From IMG/VR virus record IMGVR_UViG_3300029850_000008: 64,000 nucleotides of DNA; one strand, given 5' to 3'. Each line of letters begins with the position of its first letter. Within the stretch, counting starts at the first letter, position 1. This DNA is from a virus. The position numbers were made by a program, and so were the translations under genes. The notes beneath the pieces were generated by a model. It searched no databases and had not been told where the DNA came from. It saw only the letters and a program-made list of their open reading frames with translations. Shown in pieces: positions 18,667-25,944 of the stretch.

Positions 18667-20421
18667 ATGAGTAATATATACCAGTTAAGAGAACTACTTA
18701 GAACACAGACAATTTATGATTTGCCGTTACGAGTTGCATACTATGCAAGAGTCAGCACAGATCATGATGAACAGAAAACATCAATCAAGAACCAGGATGA
18801 TTATTTTAAGGAATTGATAAAATCAAAGCCGAACTGGAAATTTATGGGAGGCTATATTGATGAGGGGATTTCTGGAATTGCCGTAAAAAATCGTGAAGAT
18901 TTTTTGAGGATGATTGATGATGCTAAGAATGGAAAGATTGATTTGATACTGACAAAAGAAATTTCCAGATTCGCTAGGAATACACTAGATAGCATCAAAT
19001 ACACCCGTGAACTTTTGGCATGTGGTGTATGTGTATGGTTTATGAATGATGGAATCAATACGATTGATGAAGACAGTGAGTTAAGATTGACTATTATGGC
19101 AGCTATGGCACAGGACGAAATCAGAAAGATGTCTTCCAGGATTAAATTCGGTCAGGCTCAGTCAATAAAAAATGGCGTAGTAATGGGAAATTCAAGATTG
19201 TATGGTTATGACAAAAAAGATGGAAAACTGACAATCAATGAAGCTGAAGCCGAAATGGTTCGATTCATTTTTGAAAGTTATGCATCTGGCAAATGGACAA
19301 CACCACAGATTGAACGATACCTATATGAAAAAGGGTACAGAAACTATAATGGAGGTAAAATCAACCGTGGAGTTATCAAAAATATCATAAAGAATCCAAA
19401 GTACAAAGGTTATTATGCTGGTGGAAAAGTAAAAGTTATTGATATGTTTACAAAAAAACAGATGTTTCTTCCAAAAGACCAATGGGTTTATTACAAGGAT
19501 GATGGATCAACGGTTCCGCAAATCATAGATGAAAAGACTTGGGAAGATGCAAATTATTATATGAAGAGCCGTGGTGACAATATAAGAAGTCACAGAACGG
19601 TGTTTAAGTATGGTAATGTGTTTACTGGAAAGGTAATTTGTGGGATAGATGGTGCTTCGTATTGGCTACGTGAACACAAGATACGTGGAAAAGAAAGTGA
19701 TCCAAGATGGGTCTGTAGTCATAAAATCAAAAATGGAGCAAATTCTTGTCTATCGGTTCCTGTCAGAGAAAGCGACTTGAAACAAATGGTTGCATCAGCA
19801 ATCAGTCAAGCAGCTGGAAACTCTAAAGATGTTATTGATTCATATATGAATTATTACTTAAAAGCCATTGATGATTCAAAAGAAAAAGAGGGAGAAATAG
19901 CAGTTTTAAGAAAAAATATTGAATCCACAAAATTGAAGATGGAGAAAATCCTGGATTACAATTTGAACGGATCAATATCTGATGATGAATTCTTAAAAAG
20001 AAACGCTGCGTATAAAAAAGAGATTGAAAACGCAGAAGAGAAAATTCTAAAATTGTCTAAAAAACCGGAAGAGCCGGATTCTATTGCAAGGAAAATCGAA
20101 CAGATAAGGGAATACTTGGCGAACACAGAAATTGTTTCTGCTGATGACATAACTAAACAAATTGTCGAAAAATTAATTGAAAAGATAATTATATTACCAG
20201 AAGAGGAAAATGGTATAAAAGTCATCAAGTCAGAAATATACCTTATAAATAAGGAACTGTATAAGTTTTGTAAGGATATGGGGACAAAAAATAGTTGTTC
20301 AGATAACGTAACTTTGATCATGTTCCCTAAACAACGCATGGAAATTACTAATGAAAATGCGCATTGTGTGAACCAGTATAAAAGATTTTCAATAGAATTT
20401 TCTCTCTTTGTAAGATTTTAA
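18667..20421 (+). CDS. Large serine recombinase (integrase)
   Basis: YARVSTDHDEQKTSIKNQ catalytic Ser region, resolvase + recombinase + zinc-ribbon + coiled-coil length (584 aa). Confidence 0.9.
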   Translation: MSNIYQLRELLRTQTIYDLPLRVAYYARVSTDHDEQKTSIKNQDDYFKELIKSKPNWKFMGGYIDEGISGIAVKNREDFLRMIDDAKNGKIDLILTKEISRFARNTLDSIKYTRELLACGVCVWFMNDGINTIDEDSELRLTIMAAMAQDEIRKMSSRIKFGQAQSIKNGVVMGNSRLYGYDKKDGKLTINEAEAEMVRFIFESYASGKWTTPQIERYLYEKGYRNYNGGKINRGVIKNIIKNPKYKGYYAGGKVKVIDMFTKKQMFLPKDQWVYYKDDGSTVPQIIDEKTWEDANYYMKSRGDNIRSHRTVFKYGNVFTGKVICGIDGASYWLREHKIRGKESDPRWVCSHKIKNGANSCLSVPVRESDLKQMVASAISQAAGNSKDVIDSYMNYYLKAIDDSKEKEGEIAVLRKNIESTKLKMEKILDYNLNGSISDDEFLKRNAAYKKEIENAEEKILKLSKKPEEPDSIARKIEQIREYLANTEIVSADDITKQIVEKLIEKIIILPEEENGIKVIKSEIYLINKELYKFCKDMGTKNSCSDNVTLIMFPKQRMEITNENAHCVNQYKRFSIEFSLFVRF

Positions 20422-20574
20422 ACTAACAAAAGATGAAAAAAGGGCAGAACCTACCAAATAAAATTGCCACGGTGAAGAACAAGTTCATCGTGGCTTTGAT
20501 TATAAGCTATTCTAATGTTTAAGTCAATATTGCAAGAAATAATTGTCTGAATTTTTCAGAATTGTTTTTTTCGG

Positions 20575-20800
20575 AATACTAATTGGAAATTTTTTGATAC
20601 CCCCCCTGGGTCTGGTTTTCTACTGGAAATTCCATTTTCAATCTTCTCTAAATTCTCTTCTGAAATTCTAAGAATTTTTTTCAAAAATTTTTTCTCGCCA
20701 GACCATTCGGAATTTTTTTGATACCCCCCCTACCCTCTATTTTGGAGCCGAAATTTCGATTTTCAATTTCTCGAAAAACGCTTCAAAAATCCCAGGCAGA
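20575..20800. repeat. Two degenerate ~124-bp direct repeats each containing TTTTTTGATACCCCCCCT
   Basis: C7 tracts at 20600-20606 and 20724-20730; following ~60 nt align (GAAATT.C.ATTTTCAAT.T.CTC). Confidence 0.7.
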
Positions 20801-20959
20801 TTTTGTTCAGATCCAATGGCAGACCTCACCAGAGCGATTTTGACGGCTTTTGTGGCTGGAGTATATGAAAGTCCTGCTGAAAACCTGGAAACGCCTAAAT
20901 GGGGCTATAAACGTGCCTATTAATTAGATTACATCGTACCACAAATAAACTCAATATAC

Positions 20960-21000
20960 AAGTGTAAACACAAATAGAGGGGCGTTATTATCCCCTCTAT
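20960..21000 (-). terminator. Intrinsic terminator of the minus-strand operon
   Basis: Minus RNA AUAGAGGGG-loop-CCCCUCUAU followed by UUUGUGUUU. Confidence 0.7.
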
Positions 21001-21200
21001 TATTCATAAAAGCCCCATGCTTTGTATTGCTTTTTCAATACTTCCAAAGCAGAATTTTTACTGAGAAACTCAGCTCTAGCCGTTTCTCTTGTATATTTCT
21101 TGGCACTATACCAGGCGAAACCATTGATCACATACCAGGAATCCCCGTGATCATCGGTTTCCAGCTCAATACTATAAACCATCTTTTTCTTACGTGGCAT
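21000..21200 (-). CDS. Hypothetical protein (66 aa)
   Basis: AAGGAGG RBS upstream of ATG 21200. Confidence 0.6.
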   Translation of the reverse strand: MPRKKKMVYSIELETDDHGDSWYVINGFAWYSAKKYTRETARAEFLSKNSALEVLKKQYKAWGFYE

Positions 21201-21234
21201 GGCTTGACCTCCTTATTCTTTTTTTCTGGATATG

Positions 21235-21432
21235 CTAAAAAATCCCGGATATACCGCCGGGGCGGTGCCCTGTTATGGCCTTGGACATCGGCTACAGTGC
21301 TGGCTTTTTCGGCTCCCAGTCAACGCCGCTTTTGCCTCCCTTCGCGATCCGGGCATTAAAAGCGGATAAAGCCCGGAGAGAAACCCAGCGGCGGACTGAA
21401 CCGCCCACGGCTTAACCGTCACAGGGTAGGTT
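21235..21432 (-). ncRNA. GC-rich structured leader/ncRNA ending in an intrinsic terminator
   Basis: Strong GC excess relative to surroundings; multiple stems (CCCUGU/ACAGGG, GGCGG/CCGCC, CCGGGC/GCCCGG, CCGCUUUU/AAAAGCGG, GCUGG/CCAGC); 3' CCCGG-loop-CCGGG + AUUUUUU. Confidence 0.45.
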
Positions 21433-21495
21433 TTATAAGAGGCTCAAGCTATAACCTCCGATAAATGACAAAACGGCAATAAGAACGTAATACAT
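21433..21495 (-). CDS. 20-codon hydrophobic mini-ORF MYYVLIAVLSFIGGYSLSLL
   Basis: AAAGGAGGG RBS 6 nt before the ATG (21495-21493); stop (TAA) at 21435-21433. Confidence 0.35.
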   Translation of the reverse strand: MYYVLIAVLSFIGGYSLSLL

Positions 21496-21510
21496 ATGTT
21501 TCCCTCCTTT

Positions 21511-21771
21511 CTATGCTTGGCAGAAATCGCCCTGCCAGCCTGTTACTAGGATCATTTTCCCGTCATCCCGGCGGTAAACAACGCCGCAGCCGTCCGCCCA
21601 TGTGCTCCATACAAGCCAACCTGGACGGCCTACAGTTTCCTTTTTTCTGGAATCGTACCAGATAAAGGACGGCTTAATACCTTCTTTTTCTTGATCCAGA
21701 GCGTTCTGGATCGCTTGATCTTCCGTGATAATCTGGTTATGATCCTTAAAATGCAAGATATATTTTCTCAT
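21511..21771 (-). CDS. Hypothetical protein (86 aa)
   Basis: ORF with GGAGG RBS. Confidence 0.6.
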   Translation of the reverse strand: MRKYILHFKDHNQIITEDQAIQNALDQEKEGIKPSFIWYDSRKKETVGRPGWLVWSTWADGCGVVYRRDDGKMILVTGWQGDFCQA

Positions 21772-21801
21772 GTGTTTTCCTCCATTTTTTTTGATTTTTA
21801 T

Positions 21802-21846
21802 AAAAACGCCGCCCGTGGGAATCGAACCAACGAAACTCCAAACGGC
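21802..21846 (-). terminator. Long hairpin + U-run with tRNA T-arm-like core (GGUUCGAUUCC)
   Basis: Minus RNA GCCGUUUG...CGGGCGGC then GUUUUU, directly after the stop of 21847-21996. Confidence 0.5.
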
Positions 21847-21996
21847 TTAATATTCGATGAATACAAACTCTTCATCGGTTTCCAGTTCTGCAACCCGGTT
21901 TCCAAGTGTGATAAGCATAAAACCGGCCTTTCTGTAATCCTTGATAAGGCTTTCAAAATGCTCCTTACTTGCTGCGGTGATTTTATATTTTCTCAT
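21847..21996 (-). CDS. Hypothetical protein (49 aa)
   Basis: Internal ATG 21996 preceded by GAGAAAGGAAC; longer ORF-track version would overlap the ribozyme and previous gene. Confidence 0.55.
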   Translation of the reverse strand: MRKYKITAASKEHFESLIKDYRKAGFMLITLGNRVAELETDEEFVFIEY

Positions 21997-22014
21997 ATTG
22001 TTCCTTTCTCGCCT

Positions 22015-22070
22015 GTCATCATCAGCGCAACGGGGCGGATCGTTGCGGACGCCCTGGAGGGCGTTTCGAC
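22015..22070 (-). ncRNA. Type II hammerhead ribozyme motif (HH-A)
   Basis: GUC-GAA-[ACGCCC UCCA GGGCGU]-C/[CGCAACG AUCCGCCC CGUUGCG]-CUGAUGA-U-GAC; all core nucleotides present. Confidence 0.75.
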
Positions 22071-22330
22071 TATTTAAGCAGCTTTTCAAATGCTTTTCTC
22101 TTTTTGTAATTTTCAACTTGACTTATACTGGAGTCATCAAAAAGGATCTGGAAACCATCAGAAGCAAGTGCTGCGGCCATTGTGTACGGGTCAATCTTTG
22201 GGAACCTGCAAAGGTATTCGACCACGTTCATTCTTATGTTTTTATCATTTTTCGTTCCGATCTTTTCAAGGTCTCTTTTGTAAACATTAAAAATTCTTTC
22301 CTGTTTCTCTTTCACGGTTTCTTTTATCAT
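22070..22330 (-). CDS. Hypothetical protein (86 aa)
   Basis: ORF flanked by the two hammerhead motifs; stop UAG overlaps HH-A 5' end. Confidence 0.6.
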   Translation of the reverse strand: MIKETVKEKQERIFNVYKRDLEKIGTKNDKNIRMNVVEYLCRFPKIDPYTMAAALASDGFQILFDDSSISQVENYKKRKAFEKLLK

Positions 22331-22357
22331 ATATTTTACGTCCTTTCTTTTTGCCCT

Positions 22358-22412
22358 GTCTCATCGGTGCAGGTGGGGCAGTTCCTACAGACCGCCGGGC
22401 GGCGGTTTCGAC
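22358..22412 (-). ncRNA. Type II hammerhead-like motif (HH-B), core variant CCGAUGA
   Basis: GUC-GAA-[ACCGCC GCCC GGCGGU]-C/[UGUAGG AACUGCCCCA CCUGCA]-CCGAUGA-GAC; same architecture as HH-A with compensatory stem changes. Confidence 0.55.
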
Positions 22413-22415
22413 TAA

Positions 22416-22643
22416 TTAGCATTCTCGGTGTATGCAACCAGTGTAAACAGTGTTTGTGGTTCCCTCGCAGCCGTTCAACCACTTTTTGCAGTGGTAGCAG
22501 ATGCTATTGTAACGGTTGTATTCTGTAGCTTTTCCATATTCCTCGCACTCTTTGCGATATGGACAAGTGGTGCAGTCCTTTTTGTATTTATGGCAATTTC
22601 TTTTTAGCAGTTTTTCCAGCTCTAAAAATCTTTCTTTTGTCAT
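22416..22643 (-). CDS. Cys-rich hypothetical protein (75 aa)
   Basis: ORF with GGAG RBS, many CxxC pairs. Confidence 0.6.
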   Translation of the reverse strand: MTKERFLELEKLLKRNCHKYKKDCTTCPYRKECEEYGKATEYNRYNSICYHCKKWLNGCEGTTNTVYTGCIHREC

Positions 22644-22675
22644 GTTTTCTATCTCCTTTTAGGTTTTCATCTCTT

Positions 22676-22800
22676 TGTTATGTACACAATTATATAATGT
22701 TACGTACACAATATCAATGTGCATTTTACACAAAGTTACGCACACATTTTTATATATTTTTGATGTGTACACAACATTGAAACTATGTTATAATTTCCGC
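22676..22800. promoter_or_regulatory. Divergent promoter region with five GTACACAA-like operator repeats
   Basis: TGTACACAA, CGTACACAA, TTTACACAA, GCACACAT, TGTACACAA; TGTTATAAT extended -10 for the + gene; TTGATA-17-TATAAT on the minus strand. Confidence 0.55.
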
Positions 22801-22823
22801 ATAATGGAAGGGGGGGCCTTTTT

Positions 22824-23006
22824 ATGGCGATGTCAGAAGAACGAAAAAATTATCTGTATTCTTACAAAAAACAAAGGCTAAAGCGTGTCCCGCTGGATAT
22901 GCAAATAGCGGACTATGAAGCGCTAAAAGCAGCAGCAGATCAAGCCGGGCAAACTGTCAACGGCTTTATTAAACAAGCCATAGCCGAAAAACTGGAGCGG
23001 ATGTAG
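22824..23006 (+). CDS. Ribbon-helix-helix (CopG/Arc-like) regulator
   Basis: ..KRVPLDMQIADYEALKAAADQAGQTVNGFIKQAIAEKLE RHH-type pattern. Confidence 0.55.
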   Translation: MAMSEERKNYLYSYKKQRLKRVPLDMQIADYEALKAAADQAGQTVNGFIKQAIAEKLERM

Positions 23007-23012
23007 TAGGAG

Positions 23013-23037
23013 AGAGGGGAATAACCCCCTCTTTTTC
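23013..23037. terminator. Bidirectional terminator hairpin
   Basis: AGAGGGG-AATAA-CCCCCTCT + TTTTC between convergent genes. Confidence 0.65.
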
Positions 23038-23050
23038 TATTTCCCGGCAT

Positions 23051-23254
23051 TTAACACATACTTCCGCAGATCCCGTCTTTTGGCGCTGGTTCGTCTAACC
23101 AGTGATTAAACGCTTCCGGGTTCCGGCGTTCGATCTCGTCCATGATCCAGCCCCTAACCGTTGAAAGATTCGGGTTCCGCTCTGCGGTGCTGGTCGCCTC
23201 CCAGATGTCCAGGAGCTGACAGAGTGACATAGTTTTCAAGTCTTTTTTCTTCAT
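23051..23254 (-). CDS. Hypothetical protein (67 aa)
   Basis: ATG 23254 preceded by AAGGAAAGGAAG; avoids overlap with upstream gene. Confidence 0.5.
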   Translation of the reverse strand: MKKKDLKTMSLCQLLDIWEATSTAERNPNLSTVRGWIMDEIERRNPEAFNHWLDEPAPKDGICGSMC

Positions 23255-23273
23255 GTTTATGTTCTTCCTTTCC

Positions 23274-23510
23274 TTAGAATTCGATTTTCCCATTTGATAA
23301 GCATTTGCAGGCGTATGAAAAACCTGCAATGAATGCTTTTTCCTGGATATCCCATACATTTTTATTGATGGAGCATTCTATTTCCTCTGCTAATTCCTCT
23401 TTGAGAATTTCATGGATTTTTGCAACTGCTTTGTCATAATCTCCCCAACTAAGGTTCCCGGCTTCTTCCTCGAACCACTTTTTGTAAATCATTTTTGCGA
23501 ATTCTTCCAT
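23274..23510 (-). CDS. Hypothetical protein (78 aa)
   Basis: ATG 23510 preceded by AAAGGAG. Confidence 0.5.
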   Translation of the reverse strand: MEEFAKMIYKKWFEEEAGNLSWGDYDKAVAKIHEILKEELAEEIECSINKNVWDIQEKAFIAGFSYACKCLSNGKIEF

Positions 23511-23657
23511 GTTTAACTCCTTTCTTAAAACAAATGTTTTACTATGGTTTAATAATACACTATAGTAAAACAAATGTCAACATTATAACAAAACATTTTA
23601 AACTATATTGAATAATTATATTTGTTATGGTATTATATAGAATATAGGAGGGGAAAA

Positions 23658-23870
23658 ATGGAGAATATAAGAAATGAAATTAAATCATATATAGCAAAAA
23701 GCGGTATGACATTAACGGAAATAATAGCTAAATACAACGAGACGCATGACACACCAACAACAACACAAAACATTTCTAATAAGTTGACCAGAGGAACTAT
23801 AAAATATAGTGAATGTTTAGAACTAGCTAAAATCATGGGGTATGTTATTAAATGGGAAAAAGAAAATTGA
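23658..23870 (+). CDS. Small HTH DNA-binding protein (repressor/Cro-like candidate)
   Basis: SGMTLTEIIAKYNE...NISNKL HTH-like segment; divergent from minus-strand genes. Confidence 0.45.
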   Translation: MENIRNEIKSYIAKSGMTLTEIIAKYNETHDTPTTTQNISNKLTRGTIKYSECLELAKIMGYVIKWEKEN

Positions 23871-23982
23871 TTTCATATTCTGCTAAATAAGTCATGTAAT
23901 TTTGCTATTTAATCGCCCCTTTTAGTATGAATTTTCCCACATTTGTGATATAATAAAATCAAAAATGATGGGAGGATTTTTT

Positions 23983-24936
23983 ATGGTTGCGTTTATTGGT
24001 TTTTTGATGCTTTTAACACTAATTGGAATGCTGATTGGTGGATCATGGCTAATAATGGCGTTATTGCTAAGAGGGAAAAAGAAAAAAGCGTTGAAAATTT
24101 TTTGTGCTTCTTTTCTTGGCCTTATACTGCTGCTTTTAATATATGAAAAGGCGGTTCCAGAAAGCGCAAAAGCTGAGGCAAAGGCTAGTATTGAGGCAGA
24201 AAATACAGTTGAAGAAACCACCGTAGAATATACAGAAGAGGGAACCACAACAGAAGCACCGACAGAGTCAGAACCAGAAACAACTACGGAGGAAGCCACA
24301 GAAACGCAAACGGAGACGGAGCCACCAACAGAACCAAGCACAGAAGAGGCTACAACAAGTGCATATTCTGAAGATCAGTTGATGGAAACCTTGAAAACAA
24401 ATCTTCCAGAAGATGTTGCAGAAAAAGCGTATGATATTATTGTAAATCAGATTGGATTTACTGGAATTGAATATAAAGGTAAAAATTCAATGGGAACCGA
24501 TAACTATGATTTTTCGGCAGATCATTATAATTTTACTTTGACCGCAAGCGATGATGTTTATAGAATCTTCCAGCCTGGTGGAGCAAATTTTTATGTTGAT
24601 GGAGAAGTAAAAATAAAATTAACTGATATCATAGATCAATATGATGCAGTGCCATATATGCAGATTGCAGAAGAAATAGTTAATCAAAATTTAAAGAACC
24701 CAAGATCCGCAAAATTTCCGTCTATTGTCACCCATTCAAGCGATATTACAATGATGAAAAAAGACGATATTGTAGCAGTACAGAGCTATGTAGATGCCAC
24801 AAATTCATATGGGGCAAAAGTCAGAACGCAATGGACTGTAGAATTTAAAGTACTAGATTTAGCGAATTATAAATATCAAACAATTTATATAAAAATTGGG
24901 GATAGTTCAACAGGAATTTTTATTGATCTAAATTAA
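23983..24936 (+). CDS. Membrane-anchored protein with Thr/Glu-rich linker
   Basis: N-terminal TM helices, TE-rich low-complexity spacer, globular C-terminus. Confidence 0.55.
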   Translation: MVAFIGFLMLLTLIGMLIGGSWLIMALLLRGKKKKALKIFCASFLGLILLLLIYEKAVPESAKAEAKASIEAENTVEETTVEYTEEGTTTEAPTESEPETTTEEATETQTETEPPTEPSTEEATTSAYSEDQLMETLKTNLPEDVAEKAYDIIVNQIGFTGIEYKGKNSMGTDNYDFSADHYNFTLTASDDVYRIFQPGGANFYVDGEVKIKLTDIIDQYDAVPYMQIAEEIVNQNLKNPRSAKFPSIVTHSSDITMMKKDDIVAVQSYVDATNSYGAKVRTQWTVEFKVLDLANYKYQTIYIKIGDSSTGIFIDLN

Positions 24937-24954
24937 ATAGAATTTATTTTTTAT

Positions 24955-25019
24955 GCACTGAAGATAAGAAATGCCAATAAATGATTGTATGGCGCTTATT
25001 TTCAGTGCTTTTTATTTTT
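24955..25019 (+). terminator. Intrinsic terminator
   Basis: GCACTGAAGATAAG...CTTATTTTCAGTGC then TTTTTATTTTT. Confidence 0.75.
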
Positions 25020-25116
25020 GGGGGAGGTGAGGCCGAAAAACAATTTTTTACTTCCGACAACCTACGCAAGATAAGAAGTTAATAGAAAAATACTATAAGA
25101 CTATGGAGGTTGTACC

Positions 25117-25914
25117 ATGAACGATTTAATGATTTTTGAAGGTCACAATGTAGAGGTTTTTGAACTGAACGGACAAGTGTTATTTAACCCGTACCACGTG
25201 GGAGAATGTTTGGAATTGAATAGTGATGCAGTGAGAAAGGCAATGTCCAGAATGAATGACAAGCAGGCTATCAAGATCAAAAATTCGGATGTGACTAATA
25301 GTCACATCCGAAAACTGAACAATGCTGGAGAGAATTTTCTCACTGAAAGCGGCGTGTATAAGCTGGTATTTAAAAGCCGTAAACCAGAGGCAGAGAGATT
25401 TTCCGATTGGGTGACAGACGAGGTGCTGCCAACGATTCGCAAAACTGGTGGGTATGTAAATAACGATGATCTTTTTATTTCCACCTATTTACCATACGCA
25501 GACGATACTACTAAAATGTTATTTGCTCAGACGTTGAAAACAGTCAGAGAACAGAATGAAACCATTGTGCGGCAGAAAACCGAAATCATTCACAAAGAAA
25601 ACGTTATTATCGGACTAGTTGAAAATATCGACCTAGCAACCAAGCGCCAGCGTATAACCCAGATTGTGCGCTATGGAGCAGGCGGGAACTATAAGGAAAG
25701 ATATAATTTATTATACGGAGAATTTGAAAGAAAATACCACTGCAACTTGAAAATGAGAATGGAAAATTCCACGATCAAGCCAAAGGTGAAAAATAAAATG
25801 GATTATATAGATAGGGAACTTGGAATGATTCCACAGTTATATGAAATTGCTTGTAAACTTTTTGAAAATGATGTAGAAAAGTTAAAGGCTGAATGGGAGA
25901 GTATTGTGGCATAA
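25117..25914 (+). CDS. Bro-N domain antirepressor-like protein
   Basis: MNDLMIFEGHNVEVFELNGQVLFNPYHV.. Bro-N-type N-terminus. Confidence 0.6.
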   Translation: MNDLMIFEGHNVEVFELNGQVLFNPYHVGECLELNSDAVRKAMSRMNDKQAIKIKNSDVTNSHIRKLNNAGENFLTESGVYKLVFKSRKPEAERFSDWVTDEVLPTIRKTGGYVNNDDLFISTYLPYADDTTKMLFAQTLKTVREQNETIVRQKTEIIHKENVIIGLVENIDLATKRQRITQIVRYGAGGNYKERYNLLYGEFERKYHCNLKMRMENSTIKPKVKNKMDYIDRELGMIPQLYEIACKLFENDVEKLKAEWESIVA

Positions 25915-25916
25915 AG

Positions 25917-25944
25917 AGGGAGGGCTTTAAGCCCTCCTGTTTTA
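25917..25944. terminator. Bidirectional terminator
   Basis: GGAGGGC-TTTAA-GCCCTCC + TGTTTTATT between convergent genes. Confidence 0.65.

Noticed and set aside
20817-20924. A 35-codon ORF (MADLTRAILTAFVAGVYESPAENLETPKWGYKRAY) in the att-candidate gap.
   Set aside because: It has no RBS, is short, and may be a fragment of a decayed gene. It is not annotated.
21330-21380. Twister-ribozyme resemblance (AAUGCCCGGAU, AAAAGCGG, AGGGAGG words) in the GC-rich leader.
   Set aside because: The order of the conserved blocks does not match the twister consensus as I recall it, in any permutation I could draw. It is kept only as an unclassified structured RNA.
21235-21432. T-box or c-di-GMP-I riboswitch resemblance (GGGCACCGCC, GGCAAAAGC, GCCGAUG words).
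   Set aside because: These are only short word matches. The required GNRA hairpins, specifier and T-box geometry are absent.
21027-22528. Plus-strand ORFs 21027-21359, 21691-22077, 21941-22528 and 22090-22290.
   Set aside because: They lie antisense to RBS-equipped minus-strand genes and run across the GC-rich RNA elements. They have low-complexity translations and no RBS.
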